Shown: in pieces, positions 27,173 through 42,584 of the stretch
Layout: each line of letters opens with the position of its first letter
Numbering within the stretch: position 1 is the stretch's first letter
Assembly (NCBI GenBank): GCA_964016885.1
Contig: OZ024740.1
Location: forward strand, 402,876,001 to 402,940,000
DNA: 64,000 bases
Direction of reading: 5' to 3'
Source of the DNA: Eledone cirrhosa
Lineage: Eukaryota
Made by a program: the position numbers and the translations under genes
The notes under the pieces: generated by a model
Seen by the model: the letters and a program-made list of their open reading frames with translations, nothing else
The model's database searches: none
What the model was told of the DNA's origin: nothing

Positions 27173-28642
27173 ACAAACATTAATCTTTCTAGAGAAGACT
27201 ACACTCCTATATATTTAAAAAGGCAATGGGTGGCGAAATTGACCTACCATATCATTTTGTAAAAACTTATCAACATATTTTCTCAGACATTAGACATTAC
27301 AAATAAGGTGCGATGATGTATGATCCGCCAGTTTCGTCGTATGACTATATAAGAAATATAGTATTGCATAGATGCATGTGTTTTTAATCTAATTCCCAAG
27401 TCGAATAAGCGGGACATAATATGTAACAGGTCTGGCCTTTATATCCGAGAGAATAGAAAGACTTGCGTCGACTTGAGGATATAACAAAACCACTTGCCCA
27501 AGACGCCATATAGTGTGATTACATTTAGGGCCTCGTGAATGTGAAGCAAAGTTCTAAACCACTGAGTCATGTTTGTGTTATGTATGCAACCTAATGAACC
27601 AATTCCGTTATCATTTTTGTACAACAATTAAGTGCAACAGTGAAAAATATCGATGTCGTTGGCCACTTCGAAAATCTACAATGGCAGTAAATACGAAAGA
27701 ACTGGATTCATTATCTACACTTTCAGCTGATATGACGATGGAATTTGACAAAAGTAAAATGATCATTACTCATAGTTGAACGCAGCTCAACTTAGTAGAC
27801 TATGGTTTTGAACTACCATGTATAGGTTTCCGCATTGGCACACCTGATTCAAATGTTGATGTTAATGATGTTGTTGTAGTTGTTTGACTGCAACACTAAT
27901 TGAGTAGACCTATGATCAAGGCCATTCCAGCTGTTACAACCTGGACTTTCTCTATGTTCATGGATCACAAGAACCTATTATCAAACTTGCGTTTTTCGAA
28001 GATATGGAATGATGAAATTAACTGCTATTTCTCGCAGGTTGAACGAGCACATTTAGCACATCTCTTTAGCTCATGACAACAATATTTAGTATTGGCGGTT
28101 GTACTGAACGTGGTGATGGTGGTCATATTTGGATTGAAATATGTTTTGTATTTGGACACGTTGCTTTCGGTATTTTACATAAAATGTTCAAATCACTATC
28201 TCTGGCTCACAAATATTGTTTCATTTTTACATTGACCTTACATTGACCGACTGTAATATCATATATACATTCCTACATATGTGTGAATGAAACTCCATTA
28301 CACCGCTACAAGGGGTATTTCACAGCATCACAGCTTTGCACACTTCCCGCAATGTACCACAATACCTCATAGTCAGTAAACAGTTGTATCTTGTTGATAA
28401 ATTATCTTCTACATACAAAGTGCACCGCTTAAATATGTGTTTATTTTTCTCTAACTTTAAACATTTCTTTGCTTTAATACACTTGTACTAGGAGACAAAG
28501 CGAGACAAAAAGAAAATTACAATACAACACGGTATGTATTGCTCATAAATTCGATATAGAAATCCAGCTGTGAAAATAATGGATTTAACGCGGAAATTAT
28601 TTTGTCTCTGATATACATATATATATATATATATCAGAGACA

Positions 28643-28715
<73 letters not shown>

Positions 28716-28718
28716 TGC

Positions 28719-28811
<93 letters not shown>

Positions 28812-29289
28812 GGAGGGTGTATGTCTGATTTGTTAAACGATACGGACACAATATATTACATAGATTTATAAATGAGTATGTTCATATATAAGCTTTCATA
28901 TACCTAAATAGATAATTGTATGTGATGACCTCTTGTAGAGCAAGACATTCGGAGGTTAAATCTTATAGAAATCCTTGTTTGACCTGGCGCCAGATTTAGC
29001 ACCCGCCGTGTTATTAGTATGATCCGGTTGAGAAAACAAGAACGCCCTTGAATCCGCTCTGAAGTTATTGATAGTCAACTCACTTGCCTAGAGGTACTCT
29101 CTCTGTTGTTTAATATTTCTTCTCTTCTGAAGATTTAATATTAATATTCAATATGATGATTGTAGTAGAGTGCAAACTAAGTTCCTTTAAACTAAACATG
29201 CTTCAGGTCGCTTTAAGTCAATTAGCTTTACAAATCTCAGACAGACCTGTCAACTCTCTCCGTCGGGCGGGGATACCCCCCCCCCTCAC

Positions 29290-29325
<36 letters not shown>

Positions 29326-29531
29326 GGGTTGGTGAAAGAAGTCTTCTCTTGCAAAAATAGGTATATCTTTCATTATGTAAAATCTCCCCATTTTGCCTCA
29401 CTGCTCGCCGTTTTGTGACACTTTTTTTCATGGTACTCCCCGTTTGAGTTTTTAGAGGTTGGCAGTTCTTTATATCCTTTCAATGCCTTTAGGGTTTAGT
29501 TGTTTTAAATGTTTGCAAACATCCTTATATA

Positions 29532-29591
<60 letters not shown>

Positions 29592-29932
29592 GTTTTCGAC
29601 AATTGTTTAGATTTGTCCAGATAAATATACAATTATTCCACAATTAACATTAAAAACAATTGTATTATTTATATGTAAGTAGGTACAATCTGCTATGTCT
29701 GTCAATATAAATTTACACATCAGGATTGAAATAGAAGAGTTGGTACAGATGAATTGATGTATTATCTGTGGGTTTACAACGATTGTTTTTAAGGTTAATT
29801 GTGGAATAATAGTATTTTTGTCTCCATTAATCAAATCATTTGTTGAGAAATATATGTTGTTGATTTAATGAATATATATGGTTAAATTTCAATAACCTTA
29901 TATATATGTATAACTATGTATATATATGCGTG

Positions 29933-30059
<127 letters not shown>

Positions 30060-30163
30060 GTGTGTGTGTGTAAATGGGAGTAATTAAAACATATCAAATA
30101 TGTTTGATTTTTGTGCCTCTCAAAAAACTACCTCAATCGACATTGTCCAGTGCCATAATAATA

Positions 30164-30407
30164 CAAATGTAAAAGATATATGTATTTATATATAGAGAGA
30201 AATGAACATATATAATAGAGAATACACAATATATTGTATGTATACGAAGCTACATGTTTCAAAGATGAATATGTACTCTAGATGGAATCATAGAGTACGT
30301 ATTCATCTTTGAAATATGTGCTTAGTATAGATACAATATATTGTGTAGTCTCTATTATATAATGGTCCTTTCTCTCTATATATGAATACATATATCTTTT
30401 ACATTTG
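30164..30407. mobile_element. Imperfect fold-back element, arms about 115 bp
   Basis: caaatgtaaaagatatatgtatt ... aatacatatatcttttacatttg; centre near 30285; followed by (TA)n. Confidence 0.75.
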
Positions 30408-31464
30408 ATTTATATATATATATATATAATAGAATCTGGTGCCCATCCTATGTCCAATAACCGTAGATTAGGGGCAATAAGGGTGATGTAAGTGACTATG
30501 TGAAAAGTTTCCGCTGCATTATTTTTCTTTTCTCTTGCTTTTAATATTCTACACTAACATGTCTCTTCGAATTTTGTATTACCCTTGTGTAGATGTAAGG
30601 AGGCATATCTTATCACTTGTACAATCACACACCTACTTCGGTGCTACTCGACAATACAGAACTCATTCTGTTACGGGTCCTTATATCGCTTCTTGGAAAA
30701 ATATTTTTCTTTCGATACTACGAGAGAATGTTATGGCGAAGTTGACTCATCTTGAGTGTCACCTACATTTGTCTCTCATGGAGACTACATTGAAACTAGG
30801 CATTCATAATTGTTGTATATACATAGGTATTATATATGCATATGTATATATATATGTATATATCTCTTCTAGGACATGTATGATTTTCTTATTGTATTCA
30901 AAATTTAGAAAACATCTTTAATTATCTCGATTTTCTCAGGCATTTTTTAGTTAGGTTTCTGCTTACTAAAAGGTTTTACTGATTTACAGATTGCGATTAA
31001 TTTACATTGCACATTTATATGTGAGAATAATCTTTATCTAAATGGCTAATTCTGCTTACAAAGGCATGAGTCAGCACTGAATTTAGAATTAATTAAAATT
31101 AATTATATCCAGATTGGAATATATATTTGTGTCTGTTCTTTAATAGTACAATGAGAATTCCGAAAAGGATTCAGCTTTATTACACCTCCTCAGTGAGGTG
31201 GGCTTTAAACGTTAGTGTAGTTCTTAAAGGACTAGAGAAGTAGATAGGATATTTCTTTTCAATTAACGCGGTGGATTGTTTTAACTTGAAGGAACAAAAG
31301 ACTGATACATTCAGGTAACGAAAGATAGAGGATTTTGAAATAGTAATTACGTTTGTGAATCTAATAGATCATCAAATAAAAGACATTTATCTTATGATAA
31401 TTACTCATGCCTTTCACAATCACACATTCCAATGAGAGAACTTGTTAACAAATTACTTTTTGCA

Positions 31465-31650
31465 GGACGGTGGAATTGCAGTATCGGTAGAGCGTCGGAC
31501 AACATCTTTTATGGCATAGTGTTACGCCCCTTTACGATCTGAGTTCAAATCCTGCCGACTTTAGCTTTGCCTTCCATCCTTATGGGTGAATAAAATAAAC
31601 TACCAGTAATGCACTGGGGTAGATTTAATAGACTTTCCTCTCCTCCCCAA
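31465..31650 (+). mobile_element. tRNA-derived SINE copy
   Basis: Matches the family consensus. Confidence 0.8.
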
Positions 31651-32938
31651 AGAATTGTAGGTGTCCACGCGGATTATATAATACCACAGATGTTCGCTTG
31701 TCGGATGTATATAAAGTGACGGTTTTATCTAATCTTATTTTAGCTTGGTCTGGTCTGACACAGATATCTCCCAATAGCAAAGAATGATGCATTCTTCGGG
31801 AATATTCTACTGCTTTATTCATAAACGTTTATATATGTGATAATATCAGTACAGGCAGTGCACATGTGTATAGTGTTATGCCGATGCTACACATAATAGC
31901 AGCCCAAACAGAATATTAAAAGGGGGTCATTGAATTATCAAATGTTTAGTCACCAATTGATTTCAAACACTAGTAGACTGTGTTTTAAGCGCTACAACAA
32001 TCTGCTTTACTAACACATCCACTCTTTCAACTAATTAGCCTTACTGCGTCTCACTACACGAATTCTTACCTCCTAAGTTTGTCTTTTTACAATTTCTTTC
32101 CCACACAGGTTTTTCATAAAATCACCAACCAATCATCAATCGCACCTGTTTCTGAAGACTCTATGTGACTATCGTGTGTATAAAAGATTAGCTAAAAGAG
32201 GCACCAAATTTATTTTAGTTTTGCGAAAAGGATTAAGTTTAAAAAGTTAAAGTTTATCGCAATTCTATCAAACTATTGGCTGCAAACGAATTACCATGCA
32301 ACTTATTTATTTACGTTAAGTGCTAGCAGATAGTTATTTGTAATGGGTTTGAATGTATGGTAACCTAAAGATAATTCAAATAGATTCTTTCGAAAGGTAT
32401 TTCGGGTGTTTACCAGTATTTAAAGACTTTGCAGCTGGCACCACCTATTCCCTGAGTAATTGTCCATTCACAGGGGATTCATATTTCGTTTATGTGAACT
32501 AAAATCGCATTACCTAGATTCACAGGTATCTATATAGCTCCCATATAGCTCCTGGCATGAGTTCAAGAGTCCCAGTTTATATACGTATACATCCCAAAAG
32601 AGCAGTCAAAGGTTGGTTGCACTACTTACTTCGAAGAGAGTTATTATTTTTCGGTGACATACTAAGTGACCGTTTCGCTCATTTGTCCTTTCCTGCTCAA
32701 TGTATACACCAATCAATTGTGATGTCAATACCTGCTCTATACTATTGTATACTTTAGTTCAACAGCAGTTGAATTACGACTGAAACGTGTAGATGTTCAT
32801 GTGGTATATTTGAAATCTATTCTTTCAGTTTATTTAATTCACATAAACATAAATTATATTATAAGGTACGCTTAGATGAATTGAAATTGTGCTGCGTAAC
32901 TTATTTGTGCGACTGTCTATACCATCTTTTTCTCTCTT

Positions 32939-32969
<31 letters not shown>

Positions 32970-33104
32970 GTTTTAATATAGATGAGATTTAATATCCATG
33001 AGATTCTAGTCCTGTAGAATCTCATCTATATTAAAACTTTTATACTCTGCAATGTATTGAGTACCTTACTTACTGTGGTTACCTCTGATTCAACCCGGAA
33101 TAAC

Positions 33105-33203
<99 letters not shown>

Positions 33204-33231
33204 AAAGAAGTTAATATGCCCACGGGTACTC

Positions 33232-33310
<79 letters not shown>

Positions 33311-33317
<7 letters not shown>

Positions 33318-33711
33318 TTGGAGCTCTGAAATAGCAATATATATATATGAATGTATATATAATGTATTTTGCAATAAACTTTATGCTTAATTAAAAGCAT
33401 TTTGAAGACCGTATGCTATTGTTTTAGAGTAGTGACAAACTCACTTACTTTAATCTCAGGAAACAAGGGGAGATAAGCCGACAAGTCCTTGTTTCGCATT
33501 TATTGATGCTTATCAAGGCTAACTACTCCCTCCTGTCTACTGAGATCACTGATGTTATATTCTTATTAATTCTAGTAAATAATCAGGAACTGATTATACA
33601 GAGCGGTTGCCGGTCAGGCAGAAATTAAAAATTAGAATTAGCATAAAGTGTATTGCAAAATACATTATATTATACATTCATATATATATATTGCTATTTC
33701 AGAGCTCCAAT
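33311..33711. mobile_element. TA-flanked insert with ~60-bp inverted ends and a hammerhead
   Basis: attggagctctgaaatagcaat.. / ..attgctatttcagagctccaat; homologous to 36694-37128 in reverse. Confidence 0.75.
33476..33520 (-). ncRNA. Type I hammerhead, U3:A8 variant
   Basis: AGCC-TTGATAA-GCAT caataa ATGC-GAAACAAG ga CTTGTC|GGCT. Confidence 0.8.
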
Positions 33712-33873
33712 GGATATGTTGATTTAAAACTGCACTATCCACAAGTGTTTTTTAACCTTCATATCATGTCTTCCTGTTTTATCTGATGAAAACACAAATA
33801 TTATTGCATGATGATATTTGTTTTTGAAATGCGCATAATAAAATACATGGAACTCTTTTAACCATCTTTTGTT

Positions 33874-33928
<55 letters not shown>

Positions 33929-34455
33929 TTATATATATATATATATATATATACACATTTATATATATAAATGTATATATATATATATATACATTTATAT
34001 TTATAAGTAAGGGGTACAAACATGTGTGATGCTTCTAAAATTTGATGCGACACTTTGAACGGGAACAGCAAAAGTTTATGTATTTTTTTTTTCCTGCTCT
34101 CATAACTGATTTATGTCTTTATGTAGAAGATAATATATTATTAAATTGTATTTCTAGATACACACCTAAGATATACTTCATTCCCAGTCTCCTATGTTGC
34201 GTATCCTACAATATAAACCTACAATACAATTTCGAAAGGAAGGGGGGGGGGATATGAATAAATGTACTGATGACTTCAAAATGCCGCACCTATACGAAAT
34301 ATTTGGTATCGAAACATGATATGTCTCTGTACTTATCTTACCCTATTGAAGTATCAAGTATCCTGTCGTCTTTCTAGCTTTTTTTTTCTTTCTTTTTATT
34401 AAAGGTAACTTTTTTTATGTACCAATACACAGGTATCCAAAACTTCTTTTTTTTT

Positions 34456-34551
34456 CTTCTTCTTCTTCTTCTTCTTCTTCTTCTTCTTCTTCTTCTTCTT
34501 TGTTCTTTTTCTTCTTCTTCTTGTGGTGGTAGTAGTAGTAGTAGTAGTAGC

Positions 34552-34607
<56 letters not shown>

Positions 34608-34610
34608 CAG
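34456..34610. repeat. (CTT)n and (AGT)n microsatellites
   Basis: Directly visible. Confidence 0.95.
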
Positions 34611-34907
34611 GAGCAGCACCAGTTGTTACTATTGTTGATGTTCTTTTAGTTTCATAGCAGTGACTCTCACTCTCTCAAATACATTACAAAACTATTAGTG
34701 CCGAAATTATCTTTAACCATTTTCAGAGTAGGTTCTCAAATGAACTTTGAAATATGGCATAAAAATGAATATTTCGAAAAAATGTTATCGTCCAGGCGTG
34801 CCTAAATTTGTCGATATTAACTTCCAGAGATCGATCGGACAACCCACTTAATCAATTGAACGTTTTGGCTAAAACTGGACAATTGTATGACAAATATTAT
34901 ATATGAA

Positions 34908-35030
34908 ATAATTGTTTCTACTTTTTGGCACACGGCATTACTGGTACTTTATTTTATCGAGCCCGTAAGGATGAAAGGCAAAGTTAACCTCGGCGAGATT
35001 TGAACTCAGAATAACTCTATGCGTCAAAGC
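34908..35030 (-). mobile_element. SINE copy with internal deletions
   Basis: Reverse complement of the core. Confidence 0.8.
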
Positions 35031-36024
35031 GATTTCTACTTGTGGTACAAGGCCAAAAATTTAGAGGAAGGGAAATATAGAACCAGTACACCCTGTTGCA
35101 ACACGGTCGGGTAGTCAATAACTAAACCGGAGGGTGATCTTTGAACAACCTACTGAATGAAAAAGAAAGCCCGTCAAAGGGCTGAAGAACCCAGGAGAGT
35201 CAACGTCCATTCAATTCTGTGTAAATAAAGAATAACGGGTAGAGAGAGCTCCTTAGCCATTTTAGGCAGGCAGTCTAGGTGATGGATCATTCTGTTTTTT
35301 AAACCATGTGACAACCTTCAAGAGGGCAACGGTTTCGTCCTTGTAATGGAGTCACATGAGCTGCGGCTTAGTATCCAGCTTCCGAGTAATGATCGTACGA
35401 GGATTCGGAAACCCACTTTTGTCCTGGTGAGAATTATGGATATACAGCATCATATGGAAGAATATTGAGGCAATTGTCCATGATCCCCGACCTGAAGCAA
35501 TGAGGATGTGAATAGTCCTAAATCAAGTCTTTACTGATACTTTAAATTATCGACATCGGAAGGATGAAAGAAGAAGTTGACATCGACGTGATTTGACCTC
35601 CAAACCTAAAGAACCTTCTTCCAACGTTCTCATGTTTCTGTCAGTCCACCGCCGTAGAGACATGAAATAATTCAAGAGAATACAACTTTCTGATTAATAT
35701 ATAATTAGTCCATATTGAGAATCCATTTTATGTTCTGTTTATTGATATATTTATACAATAGTTTTTGTCTTTTATCATTCTGTCGATCTTGGGAGGATGA
35801 ATCATAACGTTGGCGTCAGCTAGATATTGACACAATAACAGAGAGCATTTTGAGTACCATTCTAGCGATTCTGGCAAAAAAAACTCTCACTCTTATATCT
35901 ATTAATAAAAAAGGTTGTGTCGGCAGAATCTGTAACACTCTGACTGGCAAACGACTTGCAGTATATAATTACTGGAATCGACATTTCCTTCGTTCCGATT
36001 TATATGTATTATGATTAGTTTCAG

Positions 36025-36212
36025 GTGGTGGATTTGCAGTATCGGTAGAGGGTCTGACGCTATGCTTTGCAGCAAAGAGTTACAGCCCTTTGTGGTCTGA
36101 GTTCAAATCCCGCCCAGGTCAACTTTGCCTTTCATCCTTACGGGGTCGATAAAATAAAGCACCAGTAATACATTGGGATAATTTCTGGCCTTGTGCCAAA
36201 AGTAGAAACAAT
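36025..36212 (+). mobile_element. tRNA-derived SINE copy
   Basis: Matches the family consensus. Confidence 0.85.
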
Positions 36213-36693
36213 TATATATAGTTATGTCGATATCTAATCAATGTTTTGAAGCTTATATAAATAAGAAATTAAACGGCTCTGCTTTCAAAAACGGCCCCAG
36301 TCGTTTTTGAACACCTTCCTTTCATTATCATAAACATATTTCTAATAATACATATACTAATAATTCATTGATCGGCTATGTCAATTTACCCCTCTACTGA
36401 AATATGCATTGAGTATCATTGAGTATCATCGTTAGTATTGATGCTGCAACAACTTCTATGGATATCTGATTCATGCAATGTGATGCTGGGTGTGTGTGTG
36501 TGTATGTTTCTGCACTATGATAACCCCTTTACGCTCGCATTAATTTTTTTTAATATTATTCCAACAGGAGTTGAAATCCGAGCTAAGATATCTGTGATGA
36601 ATCTTGATGGAAAGAGTAAACTAGATCTAAACAACTGAAACACCCGTAGGTAAGCCATACGCTCTAATTTCTAAATATATGATTTTTGTACTT

Positions 36694-37128
36694 CCTTCTT
36701 TCGCCGAAGAAAAGAAGTGAGTGACATAGTCACTACTTTAAAACTGATAGCGTAAGGTCTTCAAAATGTTTTTAATTAAGCATACGGTATATTGCCAAAT
36801 ATACTATGCATACATTCATGTATACATCGCTATTTTAGTGCACCTATACTAATAACTAATTTTTGCTGGACCGGCAATCAGTCTGTATAATCAGCTCCTG
36901 ATTATTACTGGAATTCTATAAGAATCCGGCTCCTATAATCTTCGGCGAAAGCGGGGAGTACGTTGCTCTGATGATCTCCAACAGTCTGAAACAAACAGTT
37001 TTTTTGCTTCTCTCCCTTCTTTCGCCGAAGAAAAGAAGTAAGTGACATAGTCACTACTTTAAAACTGATAGCGTATGGTCTTCAAAATGTTTTTAATTAA
37101 GCATACAGTATATTGCCAAATATACTAT
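36694..37128 (+). mobile_element. Partial tandem repeat (period about 321 bp) with degenerate hammerhead core at 36968-36992
   Basis: 36694-36808 is repeated at 37015-37128; CTGATGA...GAAAC between the copies; ends in TA. Confidence 0.7.
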
Positions 37129-37534
37129 ATATATAGTAAATAAATATTGGAGCGACGAGTGAGTTGAAATGTTTAAAATGTAATAAATCTCGAACGCAAT
37201 TAAATAGCTGTGAACACAGCTTAGAAAATCGGGTGAAATGGCCCTAGAGGCCGAAAAGGTGTCCACCAACCGCTACAGAGAATCGAATTGTGTACGTCTC
37301 AAATTCATATATATAACATGTGTTTAGATATGAAGGTCGGAATTTGAATCTTTACAGAATATTAGAAGTTACATCGAATTATTTTACTATTGAAAAATAG
37401 TTTAAATAATAGCGCATATAAGACCCCTAACGGAAGCAAATGGAAATTAGCTCCAGTAGGACACGAAGCCCCACTTTCATTTTTGACCAGCAAGCATGAA
37501 GCTGTGGGTTCGAGTCACACACATGAGTGCGTGA

Positions 37535-37667
<133 letters not shown>

Positions 37668-37776
37668 TCTATATATTATAAAAGCCCCTGCTCTACTGTT
37701 AAACCTTTTTTAAGTATAGAGAACTAAGTGGAATAATGGTTTTACTGCCTATAGTGGTCTTAACTAGTAATATCTC

Positions 37777-37818
<42 letters not shown>

Positions 37819-38440
37819 TGGCTGCCAACTCGTTTTCGAGTACAGCCACTACTTTATATCCATGTAGGAGAACCCCTACCGATGCGCTGAACGAGTGTGA
37901 CTTTTTAGTCCAGCCAGCGACTTGAAAACTCTGGTACAAACACTACACTTGTGACAATTATTGACACATAGTGCTGGGCCCATGGTACCATGTGACAAGT
38001 GCAGAGAGATCTCCAGATATAAAGCAATGCCTGTGCTGTGAAGCTTTTATAGTGAGCAACAGCACTGCACAAAGCCAGTCCCACTCTCTTAAGCAAGATG
38101 ATATTTACCAAAAAGAAGAACAAGTCAACATCATTGGATACCATCAGGGTTGCAGGTGTTATATCAGAGTTTTCCTTCTCCTAGAATTCTGCCTTGACAA
38201 AGGCTAAGGGGTCATCTCTCCCGGTGATTTTGGATGGCTATTGACTCTTAAGAGCCCCTTTGCCTTTTGACAGGTTTTGTTTTTAGTCCTGCAGGATGTC
38301 CAAAGCTACTCTCCTCACCAAGAAACCTTGGTGGGGTTACCAGTTTAGTCGCCAACGACCCGACCATGAGACAGGTTGTACTGGGATACATGTTACCAGT
38401 AGCACCAACTGGTGACCTGACACATATATATATATATTGA

Positions 38441-38509
<69 letters not shown>

Positions 38510-38513
<4 letters not shown>

Positions 38514-39000
38514 GAATATAGAAATAAAAACACAGATATATAGATATATGTGTTCAAATAGTAAGGGACCTGATTCGCTAAGGTGAAAAGAATACTAACT
38601 ATAGACAATTGGGTTCGCTTGTCTCAATTTAAGAAAAAATTAACAAAATAAATACAAACCGGAATTGTGGTAACTACCAATCACCAAGACAACTTGTTGT
38701 TTCGCAAAGTTAATTGTGAATAGATATACTAATCCAAGCTCATCAGTGGGTGATGAATTATTATCCTAGACACATCTATATATGCTATATATAAAAAGTT
38801 GGATTAGTCTATCTATTCGCAATTAACTTTGCGAAACAACATCAAATTGTCTGGGTGATTGGTAGTTACCACAATTCCGGTTTGTATTTATTTTCTTAAT
38901 TTTTTCTTAAATTGAGACAAGCGAACCCAATTGTCTATAGTTAGTATTCTTTTCACCTTAGCGAATCAGGTCCCTTACGATTTGAATACATATATCTATA
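38510..39000. mobile_element. Fold-back PLE-type insert (arms about 205 bp) in (TA)n
   Basis: 38530-38738 is the reverse complement of 38799-39000. Confidence 0.85.
38681..38753 (-). ncRNA. Type I hammerhead ribozyme
   Basis: TCACCCA-CTGATGA-GC...GC-GAAACAA caag TTGTC|TTGGTGA (TGGGTGA in the other arm). Confidence 0.75.
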
Positions 39001-39016
39001 TACTGTATATATATAT

Positions 39017-39077
<61 letters not shown>

Positions 39078-39443
39078 CATAATCGGAGAAAGCTAATAGC
39101 GATACTCCGGCCAAATCCCAACTCACTCAACAAACATTAGGAAATAAGTGAGTATATTCCTAATTAAACGTTCGGGGTGCTAACTAATTGTATTGTGTGG
39201 AAAATTGGCTGTATCATTTCATATGACATATATCAAATATATCTCTTCCCAGACAGACGTCTCGTTTCACTATAAGATTTCTACAAGTTGGGTGAAATTA
39301 TACAAATTTATGTAGAAGCGTCTATAAGATCAACAGATACTTATTCAAGTGGGCTCTTATAATAAAAGTAAATAATAACAACAAGGAGTACATTTACGAA
39401 AGGTGTTAGGTATTAGGTTCACGCTTGAGAGTTGGGGGGAGGG

Positions 39444-39475
39444 GTGACGTTTCGGGCACAAGCCCTTCATCAGGA
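39444..39475 (-). ncRNA. Minimal hammerhead core, stem I not evident
   Basis: CTGATGA-aGGGC ttgt GCCC-GAAACGTC; a similar core lies at 2865-2893 (-). Confidence 0.5.
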
Positions 39476-39597
39476 GAACGGTGTGAGGGTCCGAGAGGGT
39501 GTGAGGGGCGAGTGTTGGAAAAATATTAAAATAAAGGGAAAAAGATTAAAATTAAAATAACACATGAGTGGGACAATAAGTTTATATATATATATAC

Positions 39598-39630
<33 letters not shown>

Positions 39631-39639
39631 TGTGTGTGT

Positions 39640-39870
39640 GTAGTGTTATACTTTTATTGTTGCCAATAAAACACGCTAATCCGTTGGTTTTAACTTCAAT
39701 TTATTATAAATTTCCGGTTGGCTGGTTGGTTGGTTCGATAACCGGTTGTTTGTTTATATATTGTCAAAGCTCTTTCATCATACATTCTGTGACCTCCTCA
39801 GTGACTGGGTTTTTATTTTGTGTCTCTCCTTTGTTCTGTCCTGCACCATCTTGTTTTGGGGATGAGACAA
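39640..39870 (-). mobile_element. Copy of the 18522-18930 family; hammerhead at 39763-39805 (-)
   Basis: High similarity to 18600-18850; core CTGAGGA. Confidence 0.75.
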
Positions 39871-39884
39871 CACACTCACGAGCG

Positions 39885-39974
<90 letters not shown>

Positions 39975-40011
39975 GATATGAATAGATATATATATATATA
40001 TAGAGAGAGAG

Positions 40012-40066
<55 letters not shown>

Positions 40067-42388
40067 GGGGCCGACAGAGACTGACAAATAAGTAGATAGA
40101 TAGACAGACAGACTGACAGACAAACAGACAGATAGTCAGACAGACAGATAGATAGACAAATAGATAGTTAGACAGATATATAGATAGGTAGATGGTGAGA
40201 AAACATAACAATAACAATAACAATATGAACATCAATACCAGCAACGACGTACCATCGATAACAGCACAAAGGAAAACAGATTTTCAATTTAAAAACGCCA
40301 GCATAAATAAACAAAACAACATTTTTTTCAGTAAAATCTCCCTCTTATCTCCTGCTATCGTCCTTGTTGAAACGATTGGCCAATAATAAGTCGAACTACA
40401 GGTGCAAACTCGGAAGAAGTCATAAATATCTACAAACAAACTACTAGTTGATAATAATATCAAGTGATAAACTCATTATAATGTTAATATGCGTTGATAC
40501 TATTGGATAGGTAACAATCTACCATATAATCTAAATGTTTTCCTCTTTCGCCACGCATTGCTACTTGTCACTATACTTCTTAAAGAATGATGGATTGCTT
40601 GATACGTTTTTCTTTCTATCTAATCCTTAATAACAATGTTGAAGTTTTTTTTTGTTTTTTTTTTCAATATTTAGACTGTTCCCTTTCTAGTGTTGACGTT
40701 TATACAGGTTGTTCCTTTCTTGATTTTAGTCTCTCAATGTTTTCATCTAATTTCCAGCAGAGGTACAGAATTACTTAAATAGATGTGAGTAATCCCAAAA
40801 TGGCAAACCTTAACTACACACGGTGTGTTCTCCCCAAAAAGGATTTCCTGTTTCTTCCTCATCTCCCATTCGTCTATCTTACTATTCCTTCTATTATTTC
40901 TCATTTATTCTTCTGATGAAGGAATAATGAGTGAAACATTTAGACTCCTTTCCTACTATATCAAGCGTTAAACATATATATATTCATTGTATAGTATTGC
41001 TTTCCTGTGTTGCTTCCCCGTTTGCTTTTCGCATCCATCTATCCATACATACATATGCGCATGTAATGTATGTATGTATATATGTATATATATGTATGTT
41101 CTCCTGGTTTTATAATTTCATAAATTTTTACCAATAGAGAGAGAGAGAGTTGGTTTCTAACATAGATACAAGGCTCTCAATGGAATTTACACAACTTCAA
41201 ATAGGTAGATATGTCTGCATGTTTGCATGCATGCATGTGTGTGCAGGTATGGATGTTATTTTATGTGTGTGGGTGTATGTTTTGAGTTATACCTGTGCAT
41301 GTGCATATGCTTTCTATCTGTACATGTGTACATGGAGTTATTAGATGCAGAATTTTTGGAATATTTTACATTGTCACATCTAGGTGTGTTGCCTGCATCT
41401 CTATCTCTTTTGTTGATTTGCAAAAGCATATCTTTCCAAAAGGGAGCCAATATAGCGATTGTTGGCCTAAGATAGACTACTTTGCTGATCTATATTACTC
41501 TCACTCTGGAGCTTCCTGGCAAGCATATCCATGCATGATTTTTTGCTGATAAGCATACAGTTTTCTTATCCATGGATTCGCTTCGTGTATATATGCATGT
41601 ATGTATGTATGTATGTATGTATGTATGTATGTATGTATGTATGTATGTATGTATGTATGACAGTTTTAATGTGTTTCTTAGCGCGTTTATTAAATTGTGT
41701 GCATCAAATTCAGAAACGCCAACAGGTGAAGTCGCAACGTTTAACCATTGTCTTCAACAGCTATCAGACATATATATATATGCTAGATACATCCTTATAG
41801 ATAACCGGCATTCGGACAAAAACCAAGCAGAGTAATGGATAAAACCAAAGCTATGTAATATCTAGCATTATGAAATTTACATGATAAATATGAACTAAAA
41901 CTATATTTTCAAGTTCTGTATTATGTTCAATATTATGTAGGGTTTGTTGTGGGGTATATTGTCCAGCGGGGAGTTGACCTTTTCGCTTCGTGGTAGGGAT
42001 TTTGTTTGGTGGAGTTTAGACACACAGCCTTACACAAGCCTCTCAAAATTTTATGAACTATGTATATATTTATTTCATTATACTATTATGTATATATATG
42101 TACATTGTTGTCTTTATGTGTTATGCGATTTTGTTTTTAAATACTTATCATTTGTTTGATTGTCGCTTTACTCATGCGGTTGTTCTTCAAAATCCGCACG
42201 CGCCTAATTACTAATGTTCAAATGCTTTGTAATTATCAAACCATTATTTTGAAATCATACCTGCCAGAAGTGAGCTGTTTACTGTAGTACTAATATATGC
42301 CCTCACCATAACTATTATGGATACAATGTGGTCTTTTTAAGTATACCATGCGTATATGTCTTTATATGAAAGCGTGCATAGATACCTA

Positions 42389-42427
<39 letters not shown>

Positions 42428-42442
42428 AGGTATGTATGATTG

Positions 42443-42491
<49 letters not shown>

Positions 42492-42584
42492 GTTTCTACG
42501 TTAGGCACAAGGCCAGCAATTACCCAGTGTATTACTGGTACTTTATTTTATCGACCGCGTAAGGATGAAAGGCAAAGTTATATA

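Noticed and set aside
37815-38420. GC-richer TA-flanked island, possibly a LINE/SINE end (similarly 35090-35520 and 10400-10620)
   Set aside because: Probably repeats, but no diagnostic motif could be supported by eye.
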